From Dimargaris cristalligena (Eukaryota), in contig ML002283.1 in assembly GCA_003614675.1 (NCBI GenBank), positions 1 to 47,960 of the forward strand: 47,960 nt of DNA, written 5' to 3'. Shown piece after piece: positions 38,167-47,960 of this stretch; the stretch's first letter is position 1, and the number at the start of each line of letters is the position of its first letter. A model generated the notes under the pieces. That model did no database searches, was not told the origin of the DNA, and worked only from the letters and a program-made list of their open reading frames with translations. The translations under genes and the position numbers were made by a program.

Positions 38167-40642
38167 TTATTTAGGTTTAAAAGACAATGTTGTCTGACCT
38201 CGATCCAGGGCATTTTTCTTGCGCTTTGCGTTACTAGTAACCGGCGAAGGGCCAGTTCGTTTACTGGGGGATGTATTAGTTTCCACCTGCCCAGCCGCAG
38301 TCTGATGAAAGGACCTGGCGTCTTCGCGGTAAAGATCAAGGGCCACGTGGTAGTCCAGGTGTTCATCCCACTCTACTGCCGGGACAGTGATGGTGCGCAC
38401 TTGGGTGCCGAACGATGCTTTTTGGGTACACCGCTCGCACACTAATCGTGAATCGGCGGCTTCGATGCACTCCGCTTCTGGTTCTGGTTCTGGTTCAGGC
38501 TCAGGTTCCGGCGATGGTGGTTGTGTCTGGCGTAGTGGTGATTGGGGTTGTTGCGGAGCTGGATCCGGAGGTCGGGATTGCATCCAGGTCAATAGATTAG
38601 TGGAAGAACCGGTTAAATCACCTGTGGCACCGGATCCATAAGCAGTCAGGGATATCGAAAAACGTGTGCAAGGAAACAAACCTGTGGGTGCGCGGGGCGG
38701 AGCCGGGCCTGTCGTCCCCGGAAGATGTAGAGACGCAGCCATAGCACTAGCTACCCGAAAGAAAGGCTCGGGTGACGCCAGAAACTCAGGACTATAGGCC
38801 GGTAAAACCCCCGATTTCGAACGGGCATTTGCGTGTTCGGTCTTATAATGAAACAGTATGCTCTTGGGCCAGCGTTGGGAACTATTCCATTCATCCTGAA
38901 GACGGTGGTGCAGTTCGGCACATAGTACCTTGAACCATTCCAGAAGACTGTCTAGTGATGTTATAGGTGGATTAAATGACTTGGCAGCCATCATTGATTT
39001 GGTGGTTTCGCGTGGCTTGACTTAATCAGGGTAGTAATATTGAAATACACTCTGTTAAAAACTGGGAGTTAGAGAATCCCTAAACAAACCATAACCTAAC
39101 ACGGAATTACTATTCCCGCTTGGAAAATTAAAGTAGGTGTTGGCACCGATCGGAATAATACTGGATTTAGAGGAGGGGCATTACCTTGGCTATCGTCAAT
39201 ACCGCGGCATATATTGAAGAGGTAGAGCGCGCGTTCGGCATCAAAGTGCTCCCGCAGTTGAGGCAGGGTGTAAGTCCTATATTTGACCCAAGGAGTACGG
39301 ATGGGAAAGGTTGGAATAGAATATTCGAATCAAAGGAGGAGAAAGAGAGCAAATAGGTCACTAAGGTTGTGCGGTAACGCAGGTTTAAACGATGTATGCA
39401 CTCGAGAAATGTTGTTACAAATTAGGCTCGAATGCCCGGAAAAATATATGGGCTAAAAAATAGTTACCATAAATCACCGGCAGTAGTCACCTCGAATTTC
39501 TGGCATACATCGGTGCCAATTTTACCCCCGAGGCTACGGATCTTGGGTAGGGAGAGGTCCTTCATATAAGTCAACGTTTCGCCCAGTCGAATGACGGCCT
39601 GAGTCAGTGGTTAATCATGGTCCGTTGCCATAAATTCATTTGTTAGCACCGCTATTTAACTGGTATCCCGTCACGACAGGTCTTCTTTCGATCTGTCGTA
39701 TGGGGACCACCATGCCGGAACATAGAGGCAGTAATTAACTACTGACAGCAAGGCCAAGAATAGCGGAGAATCATTTACCTGTTGGTTCGGTTTGTGCATG
39801 GCCGACCCTAGTTTGGCCAAGGTTAGATTATGTCCCACGCCCGCGGAACAGGTAAAGTGCAGGTCCGTTAGGATTCGCGCTCGAAGGTAATTGGCGATAT
39901 TTGCGGCCACCCACAGTTGTAAGTCGGGCCATCCGAACGTTCTGTCGTTTGAAAGGACGGATTGGGTAGCGAAGGCATTTACCAAAGGGCTGTCCAACGG
40001 GGCGGGGCCATTCGGGCCGGGGAAACTGGTGACTACGGACCAGTCGATTGGGGTAGACCACCGCACCTCCGGCTCGCCATCCGCTTCGACGGGATCCGAT
40101 GCTACACCAGTCCAGGGGCCAGTGACCCCCGCCGCCCCGGAGCTGGAATCAACGGGGGTATCCACCAAGGGCAGCCGCCCCGCTCTCCGCAGGTCTTCCA
40201 CGATGGCATCGACCTGGTCAGTCACGTCCAGAAAGGCCTCGTCCACACTCGCGCGCTGGACGTTCGGGCCGACCATGGTCAAGATACGCAACACGGCGGC
40301 ACTGGCGGCCCGATACGGATCCAGACTGACTTTATGGCTATAGGGTTTAGGGTCGGCGTGATAGGCGTAGTGGGTGTCGCCCCGCCGGTAGGTCGCCACA
40401 TGGACCAGGCGCAGGTCCGGACAGAGTGCCCGGGCTTCGGGTACGGTCATGTGCCGCTGCACGCCCGCAGCCCGAGCGGCGTAGTTGACCGCAATGAGGG
40501 AATGCCATTGCTGTACCCCGACCGGCTGCGCTACGGGAATGCCCAGCCGAACGTGTTCGACCTGGCAGTAGAAACAATCCAAATCAACATGGAGAATGGC
40601 CCGTTGTTGGGCCCGGGCCGAGCAGGGAAGGTTGGGGACCAT
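38167..40642 (-). CDS. RAD30: Y-family DNA polymerase eta (~646 aa); exons 40642-39779, 39598-39468, 39276-39185, 39020-38167
   Basis: HVDLDCFYCQVE, VQQW..LIAVNYAAR, KVSLDPYR, RASVDEAFLD, TCSAGVGHN..LAKL, IRSLGGKIG, KSMMAAK. C-terminal UBZ (CERC...EHLDYHVALDL), NLS KRKK and PIP-like QTTLSF. Three GT-AG introns join in frame. Confidence 0.95.
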
Positions 40643-41867
40643 CGCTTAAAATGGTGACTAACGGAAGGGTAGGCGCAGTAGGGAATCGACCAACCCAAAA
40701 TTACGAAGGGGGAGGAGGAGGTTCGGCGAAGCAAGCCGTTAAAGCCTGGGGAAAAGTAATAGCGGAGTGTATAGAAAATAGCCAAGCGAACCGATGGTCG
40801 GGTGTAAGAGGGAAATCAAGTAGCTCTATGGTAAAACACGTCATAAAAATAATTGTATTCACAGATTGCCAACATGTAAATGGTAATGGAAGAGTCCACA
40901 GGAATAAGTCGAAATCACCAACTAGCTGGCGGTGTATATAGGATAGCGCTTCATTATCATGCTACAATCGAAAGGGTCTAACATATCGGAGATTAAATCG
41001 GCCTGGCATATCCCAATGAATAGTGCGATGAGTAATACGATATTTTCCAATAACTCCAAATCAGGCACAAGACTCAAAATATACCACCCTCTATAGAACT
41101 TGATTGTTTCATTGTAGATATAGCAAAGCCTTCCAAGCAATTTCATGAAGACTCACTGATGATAGCTCCATTAAATCAGCAGCAGTGCCGGTTGATATCG
41201 TATAGGAGTTACAGACACGGTTTATCCATGGCAGTAGCAATATATAGAGATCATGGAAAAGGACACAGTAGCTCTACTAAAATATATTTTATGAGAATAA
41301 GTCAACGAATTTTGAATGATTGGGCGGGCGAGAATAGATGTTGGTCAAAATAAAATACGGAATGAAAGGGGCAAATTAGTACAACCAACTGAAAAAAGCA
41401 TAGAGGGATGGGTAGGTAGAAAGAGGCATGCAAAGACACAGAGAGCTATTGATACAAGTCAGTAGAGGGCATAATCGTTGATTGGGTAAATGTAGAGGCA
41501 AGAGGGTGGGCCCTCAAATACTTGTTACAAATCATAAAAAATGGAGACTAAATCGGGGAGAATAACATCATACAAAACAAACCAGGCCAGCTGTAGGAAC
41601 CACCGAGCACAGATGATGAGCCAGGGAATGAAGTGCAAAAAAAACCAAGCTATAAGTGAAGGGTAGTGGGTGTAGGAGGGAAAGAATTGCCGGGATAGCA
41701 ATTATCCATGCTGGATCAGCGAAATACCTACTCTGGTTAATACCCTACAGTATTCAGCTAGAAGTTACGGACAACCCGAATAGTACCAATGGGTGGTTGG
41801 CCACTGTAATCGTGGGCTATCAATCGAATTCCAAATTAGAATTATTGGCGACTTGCCACCTAGCTAG

Positions 41868-42878
41868 CTATTGTTGGTTGTGGCGGTCCAAAAGGCCCGT
41901 CGAGTCGGAGGAAGCGGCAGGATCTTCGGTACAAACCTCACGCAGACTGATTGTATCGGGAAACGACTTGTCAGACATATGACCTTCCTTATTGGAGGAG
42001 TTGAGTAGAAAGACCCCGATGAAAATAGTTAAGAAGCCGCAGATAAGGGAAGTGATGTCGACAGTATCGGTTTTGGCGAAGCCCCGGAAGAGCGTGATGG
42101 ACGCAACAATTGTCGCAGTGGTGAAGAAGACGTAGTAGATGGGTGTCACAATGTTGGTGGAAAACACATCGAGGGCTTTGTTGAAGTAGTTCATTTGCAC
42201 CACGATACAGACTATGACAATCAGGGCGAACACATAGGTGGAGACGTGGGTCATTTGGTTAATACCAGCGAATGTGAGTTTCAAGGCAATACCAAAGCCC
42301 TTGCAGGCGGTCACGGTCATTGAGCCTACCAGGGAACAGATGGAAATGTAAATAAGGGGGTTACTTTTGCCATATTTAGGGGCCACCTTAAATATCATGA
42401 CCAAACTGAAGACCAGGACGGCGATGGCGTAGAACAGGAACCAGGGTCGCAGGGCCAGTTGGAGAATCTCGTCGGCCGTCGAGATGGCGCCGTCTTCAGG
42501 GGCATGTATGATAATCACGATGGAGCCCAGGAGGCACAGCGCGCACCCGGCCTTCCCGGACGGGGTTATCCGTTCGCCCAAAAACAGGGAGGCCAGGATA
42601 GCACCAACAATGACACTAAGGGCACCCAGGGGAGTGACCAGCACGGCCGGGGCGAAAGAGTAGGCGGCGAAATTGGCGAACTCCCCGAGGCCCATGAGAA
42701 CCATACCCGCCCACCAAATATAGTTGCGGAAATAGTTGTAGGAATCGGCGGCAGAGCCGTATTTGGCGGAGGTGTTCATAAGACCTTTTTTGGTGAGCAC
42801 AAAGCTCACCCCAATGAGGGCGCTCGAGGATAGGGCAAGGCCCATCCCAATGTACTTCTCATCGGTCATATACGTCAT
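41868..42878 (-). CDS. NIPA-family magnesium transporter, intronless, 336 aa
   Basis: DEKYIGMGLA, WWAGM..MGLGEFANFAAYSFAPAVLVTPLGALSV, YISICSL.GS, QMNYFNKALD.F.T..VTPIYYVFFT; multiple hydrophobic segments. Confidence 0.95.
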   Translation of the reverse strand: MTYMTDEKYIGMGLALSSSALIGVSFVLTKKGLMNTSAKYGSAADSYNYFRNYIWWAGMVLMGLGEFANFAAYSFAPAVLVTPLGALSVIVGAILASLFLGERITPSGKAGCALCLLGSIVIIIHAPEDGAISTADEILQLALRPWFLFYAIAVLVFSLVMIFKVAPKYGKSNPLIYISICSLVGSMTVTACKGFGIALKLTFAGINQMTHVSTYVFALIVIVCIVVQMNYFNKALDVFSTNIVTPIYYVFFTTATIVASITLFRGFAKTDTVDITSLICGFLTIFIGVFLLNSSNKEGHMSDKSFPDTISLREVCTEDPAASSDSTGLLDRHNQQ

Positions 42879-44896
42879 GGTGCGTTGCTTAACTGGAAGG
42901 AGGGGCTGTTGGAGGATAGTGAGGTCAATGAAAAACGGAAGGCGGAGGGCTCGTCGGGCTTTACCCTAGGGTATAAATAAACAACAACGAAAGGTGACCA
43001 ACCTAACTCAAAATGAGTGGCGGGGCGTATTACAAGTTGGGGAGCCAGCCGTGAAAAAACCCCGCTGTCAAAGTGGATGGGGTTGTACTAGGTGGTTGAT
43101 AAAATAATAAAGTTACACGGAACAGTAAGAGGCATCAAAGAATATGGTCAAGGGCGAAACCGTAAAAGTCATAAAAGAATACTAACAAGGGATAGTGGTG
43201 AGCACGGCGCTGGAATTCTACGGCAGTTTCTCAAAAACTATAGCCGCGATTGAAAATGGGCGGGGAAGAGCGTCAATTGTAAGAAGCGGTTAGGAGACTG
43301 CCGAATATAAGCAAGGATGACCAATAACGGTGGTCCCTAATAGTAAGAGGTCAAAATACAGGCTCCGCTCAAAGGTTGTAAAGAGATGGGAGGAGAGCGG
43401 CACAACTCTACGCAAGACTTAGGAACGGTCGAATAAAAGTAACTCGGAGGAGTAGAGTAAGTTTCCGCCAAGTCAACTGCCTGTAAGAGAGAGTAAGGCT
43501 AACTTCAGTGGCAAGCAAAAGAAACACAATGGCTGGGAGTGACAACAACAAATGATTGGTGGGGCTGGGGGGATTCTACAAGATCAGTGAAACATCAATA
43601 AAATTCGATGGCGGGGGGGGATCTATTTATAGGGAAAGGGAGTGACGGGTAATCCACCAAGGTTGAGTCATGCAGCTATTCCATCCCTTGCTAACGGGAA
43701 CCGCCCGCCCCTCCCTACTCGTTCTTCGAAAGGATATATGCAAGTGGGGAAGTTGGTTGTATGCTAGGCCAAGCATTACTGGCCCTACGTAATGGAGGGG
43801 AAGTTACAGCTGCATATAAAGGGAAGAGGGCCTCTCTACTCTACTTGGCTACCGATTCTTCTTCTCTCGGCTTGGTATGCATATAGTCTCCCAAGCCGGC
43901 ATGCATATAACCGCCCAACCCTAGTGCATACTCGCCGGAGCGGCATCGTGTATGGGGGACCAGAAGGGGTATGCCTGTCTAGGATAAATAGCCAGCAGGA
44001 TCGTGGGTCATCAAGAGTAGCAGTAGACCCACTTAGCTATTTGCTACCATACTACTCCTTGTAGAAATCGGGGCTAGAGAATGTGATTAAATATTATCCG
44101 ATTTTCCTCAGTTTAAATGCCAAGCTTACTCCGAATTCATCCCATGTGATTGGTGGTGGGCGAGCTTCGATGCAAATTGCAATTAATCCATCTCGATTGA
44201 CCAACCTGGTCTAACGGCCGATTCTACGCTGTGGGTGTGGAATTGCGTACGTCACAATATCAATTTACTGGGGCGGAAGCCTGAGTGTCCACCAATGGAC
44301 TGCGGACTTATCACGGAGCCGTTAGCGTGGCTCGGCTAATGAATCCCAGCCGTGTTACTTAGTGGCCGGTTGAACAGGCTTGTTTTAATACTCACCCCAC
44401 CCTTTTCCACCTGAAAACCAGCACAATATATATATATGGGAGGGGAATTAGATAGCAATGGGGAAAGCCCCTCCCCAAAAAGAGCTCAACGCCAGCCTGG
44501 TTTCCCTCAACCGTTGGCACCAACCGATCGGGTCACCAGCTCTCGTCTGCACCCTGTTGCCATTGCGCCCCACATTCGGCCCCCCTCCTTCTCTTTACCC
44601 AGGGTAACTCCCCCTTCCACGAAATCTGCAGGTTGATCGGTCACGTCTAGACCCCTCCAAAACAATACTAACTAGCCCTCCTCTTTTACCTTCAGTACCA
44701 CCTGGACCAATACCAACCAACCCCTCCCTAGTTCTTCTTGCCAAAGTGCATTCGGCCGATTCCTATTACTTGCCCTCCTCAGTATTATACCCCATCCGCG
44801 ATTCGTCTGACCCTGCTACGAGACCTTGCTGATTCAGGCACGCCCTTCACCACTCTAGCCCTTTCCCCGTCCCGCTCAAAATCGCCCGTCTCAGAC

Positions 44897-46393
44897 ATGC
44901 AGCGTGTCCGCTTTGGACCCCCTCTACGGCCCGCCCGCCTCATGGTCACCCGGAGCCTCTTTAATTCAACCGCCCGTCGGAATTGGGCCCAGACTGTGGC
45001 CCACGCTGAAACCCTGGTTCAACCCGACAAGCCCGATCCCAATCACAAGGACATTCGTAACCTGGCCCAGAATCACTTGGCCCATTTGACACAGAATCTC
45101 CGCCACCTGGTCGAGAGTGAGCACCCCATGTTGACCACCATGGGCCAATACTACTTCGAACCCAATGCTGGTAAGCATTTTCGGCCCCTGGTGGTGCTCC
45201 TAATGAGCCTGGCGACCAGTCTGGCCCCCAAACAGGTTCGGGTCAACCCGCTCACCGACTATTTCGAGGCCATCGACCACACCGTATCGCCGCTCTTCCG
45301 CAATACCTTTTATACTACCAATCACGCGGTATCACCCCAGCCGAGTGGCTCGTTTTACGGCGAGGGCAATGCGGCTGCATCCGGTCCTCCGCTCCCGCAT
45401 CCCCGCGAATCCCCCGCTGCCGACCAGACCTACCGGATCGGGGAGGCCGATAGCGCCGGATGCACTATCCTACCCAGTCAGCGGCGCCTATCGGAAATCG
45501 TGGAACTGATGCATACGGCCACTCTGCTGCACGACGACGTAGTCGATGAAGCTGCGATGCGCCGTCAGAAAACCTGCGCCCATCTCCAATTCGGCAATAA
45601 AATGGCTATCCTGGTGGGGGACTTCCTAATTGCACGGGCCTGCTGTGCCCTAACTCGTCTGAGGCACAACGAAGTCACCGAACTGCTTGCGACGGTAATC
45701 TCCGATTTGACTGAAGGCGAGGTAATGCAGCTTAAGAACTCGGAACAGGAAGAAGTGGTGGACCGCCGGCGTCTCGATGCTGAAGGGAAATCACCATCGT
45801 CACCATCATCATTATCATCATTGCCACATTCTTCTTCTACTTTACCGGGCTCGGTATTGTCCAGCTCGACCACTTCGCCCATAGTCGATGGCCCCACCCC
45901 CGCCACCTTTAACTACTATTTGCAAAAATCTTACCTCAAGACAGCTGCGCTCATCGCCAAGAGTTGCCGGGCCGCGGCCCTTTTGGGTGGCTGTCCTCCT
46001 GAGGTAGCCGACCAGGCCTACCTCTACGGCAAAAACCTCGGCTTGGCCTTCCAACTCATCGACGATATGTTGGACTTTACGGTGACCGAAGCCGATATGG
46101 GCAAGCCGGTGGGCGCCGATTTGAAACTTGGTCTGGCGACGGGACCCGTTCTGTACGCCTGGCAGGAATACCCCACCATTCTAGGACCTCTGATTCGCCG
46201 GAAATTCAGCCAGCCCGGGGATACTCAGCTGGCCTGGGACTATATTCACCGCTCCCGTGGACTAAGCCAAACCTACGAATTGGCGCGGTCCCACTGTGAC
46301 GCGGCCGTTGCTGCGTTGATGCATTTGCCGGAATCACCCGCTCGTCAAGCCCTAGTAGATTTGACAACCAAGGTCCTAGACCGCAAAAAGTAA
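44897..46393 (+). CDS. COQ1: Long-chain trans-polyprenyl diphosphate synthase (Coq1/PDSS1-like), mitochondrial, 498 aa
   Basis: GKHFRP, first Asp-rich motif LLHDDVVD....RR, GNKMAILVGDF, KSYLKTA, second motif AFQLIDDMLD, GKPVGADL.LGLATGPVL. R-rich presequence from ATG 44897. Confidence 0.93.
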   Translation: MQRVRFGPPLRPARLMVTRSLFNSTARRNWAQTVAHAETLVQPDKPDPNHKDIRNLAQNHLAHLTQNLRHLVESEHPMLTTMGQYYFEPNAGKHFRPLVVLLMSLATSLAPKQVRVNPLTDYFEAIDHTVSPLFRNTFYTTNHAVSPQPSGSFYGEGNAAASGPPLPHPRESPAADQTYRIGEADSAGCTILPSQRRLSEIVELMHTATLLHDDVVDEAAMRRQKTCAHLQFGNKMAILVGDFLIARACCALTRLRHNEVTELLATVISDLTEGEVMQLKNSEQEEVVDRRRLDAEGKSPSSPSSLSSLPHSSSTLPGSVLSSSTTSPIVDGPTPATFNYYLQKSYLKTAALIAKSCRAAALLGGCPPEVADQAYLYGKNLGLAFQLIDDMLDFTVTEADMGKPVGADLKLGLATGPVLYAWQEYPTILGPLIRRKFSQPGDTQLAWDYIHRSRGLSQTYELARSHCDAAVAALMHLPESPARQALVDLTTKVLDRKK

Positions 46394-46664
46394 TCGCATT
46401 TTAAAGTTAATATCCCAATAGCTTTCGATATATATATATCTATCTATTTATCCAGATACTTGGCAAACGAAAAATAAAGCACGTTCAGGGAGTGAATACC
46501 ATTATTGGGGTTCCCAATACCCATAGCTATTAGAAAACATTAACCCTCTAAAGTTAGTAGTATAATTAGGGTTAATGACTTTAGGTGGTGTGGTTGTATC
46601 AGTTAAGTTGCCCTTGCCTCTCTAGGCACTAGGCCCAATGGTATGTTTGATTATTAAATTTTAC

Positions 46665-46736
46665 ACACATTATTAGCCCTTTTAATCTACTTTAATTTGG
46701 TTAGATTAAACTCCCAACTATATTAGGCCTTATTAT
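46665..46736 (-). mobile_element. LTR-like repeat, copy 4, distal part (host of nested insertion)
   Basis: The reverse complement (ATAATAAGGCCTAATATAGTTGGGAGT...AAATTAAAGTAGATTAAAAGGGCTAATA) matches the last ~70 bp of copy 2. Confidence 0.65.
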
Positions 46737-47306
46737 TATTACCTGAGTTCACCACTCTTAGTTCATCAAGAGTTCTAAGGATAGGCTTTTAACAGTAGGT
46801 AGGGCTAAGACTCAGCCAAGCAGGCTACTAGCATCAAGTTTGGGGCATAATACTAACTAATAAAGGCTAAGTATAGGTATAGGTAAGGGATATACAGTAA
46901 GTACACTTACTAGTCAATATAGGGGAGTAAGTGTATATAGAGTTTATTGGGAGTAAACTAAGGGTAGGAGTAAGCTTAGAAAACTAACTGGTCCTAATGG
47001 GAGCTAGTTGTATATATGTAGGGATTATTCTAGAGGGAGGTCCTAAGGAAAGGATACTACTAAAGCTATAGGATAGGTGAATAGGCTAACTGGATAGCTG
47101 CTAGTATCCAGAAGACTCTAATGGATTAGTACTTAAGTAATTAGTATAAATGTGTAGGGCTAGGCTAGGGAAGGGTTATATAATAAGTGATAATCCCACA
47201 GTACTAAAGGTAACTATAGGAAAGCTAATATGGTGCTATAAGGCCTAATATGGCCAGATGTCTAAGCCAGCTAGATTAAGGCAGATTAAATAGTCAGATA
47301 ACTATA
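46737..47306 (+). mobile_element. Solo-LTR-like repeat, copy 3 (~570 bp, heavily transition-mutated)
   Basis: Colinear with 24056-24651. Termini have decayed to TATTA...CTATA. No CpG. ~20-bp internal deletion near 47120 relative to copy 2. Confidence 0.8.
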
Positions 47307-47620
47307 ATATATTAACTTTCCTATAACCATACCTAGTACTTTGGGATTATCCTTTATTATATATAACCTTTCCCCTACCTCTTTATACTAATTACTCATG
47401 TATTGATCCAAAGGGCTCTTCCAATTACCCTCAGAGTTTTCCAGATACTAGTAGCTATTTAGCCAGCCTATTCACCTATCCTATAGTTTTAGTAGTATCC
47501 CATCTTAGGACCTCCCTTTGGAGTTATCCCTATATATATATAACTGGGCCCTATTGGGACCTATTAGTTCCTTAGTTTATTCTTACCCCTTCTTTATTTA
47601 GTAAACCCCTGTATTCACAT
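47307..47620 (-). mobile_element. LTR-like repeat, copy 4, central part
   Basis: The reverse complement matches 24250-24575 and 46930-47232, and resumes where fragment 46665-46736 stops. Confidence 0.78.
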
Positions 47621-47689
47621 ATGTGGTGAACTTACCACATTTTTACCTACTTTAATTTTTTATCTATTTTTTGCACTTATCGGAAGTAT

Positions 47690-47852
47690 GCCCCTGACGA
47701 GTGAATGAGCCCCTGCCCCTGCCCCTGACAAGTATGGTCATTTTTCCTATATTTTCATTATTATATTTTATACCCTTGACTATGATGCACCCCTACCCCT
47801 GACTGGACTGTACCCCTGAATTCACACTGTCCCTGGCCTGACTGCAACCCTA
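47690..47852. repeat. Cluster of CCCCTG(AC) motifs, possibly the subterminal region of a degenerate DNA transposon
   Basis: cccctgac, cccctgcccctgcccctgac, cccttgac, cccctgac, cccctgaa and cctgac, ending in GACTGCAACCCTA. Confidence 0.4.
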
Positions 47853-47960
47853 TTCAAAGTACAGTTAAAAATAGCTTTCTCTTTTTCCCTTTTTCCCTTT
47901 TTCCTTTTTATTGTTTCACATTGAATTTATTAGTTACCTGAGTATTACCTATCCTTTGTG

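Noticed and set aside
6302-46393. Secondary-metabolite cluster (acyl-CoA ligase, TF, methyltransferase, prenyl synthase, transporter)
   Set aside because: Each gene looks like a conserved housekeeping ortholog, they are interspersed with TOP2, pol eta and Tan1, and there is no PKS/NRPS/cyclase core
46567-46572. TTAGGG telomeric repeat
   Set aside because: Isolated hexamers only, no tandem array
1-47960. CRISPR arrays, rRNA, operons, transposase or reverse-transcriptase ORFs
   Set aside because: None seen; the sequence is eukaryotic with spliceosomal introns

Overview
Eukaryotic genomic DNA, most likely fungal. GC-rich, intron-poor genes with GT-AG introns and AT-richer spacers suggest an early-diverging lineage, but that placement is inference. 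Eight conserved genes are supported: an ACSF2-like acyl-CoA synthetase, a large single-Myb regulator, TOP2 (6 exons), a METTL25-like methyltransferase, a THUMP/Tan1 protein, DNA polymerase eta (4 exons), a NIPA-type Mg2+ transporter and a COQ1-like polyprenyl diphosphate synthase. Accessory content has three parts. (1) A tandem pair of small secreted pre-pro-proteins with a shared RR (Kex2-like) site and a fast-diverging C-terminus. (2) Four copies or fragments of a ~0.6-kb TG...CA solo-LTR-like repeat, one nested in another in opposite orientation. (3) A probable stop-interrupted pseudogene. The repeat copies show strong CpG-directed transition decay (CG->TG/CA/TA) inside ~1.2-kb CpG-free islands. 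A possible 30-nt cassette exon lies in TOP2 intron 4. All exon models were derived by eye from splice signals and frame continuity.
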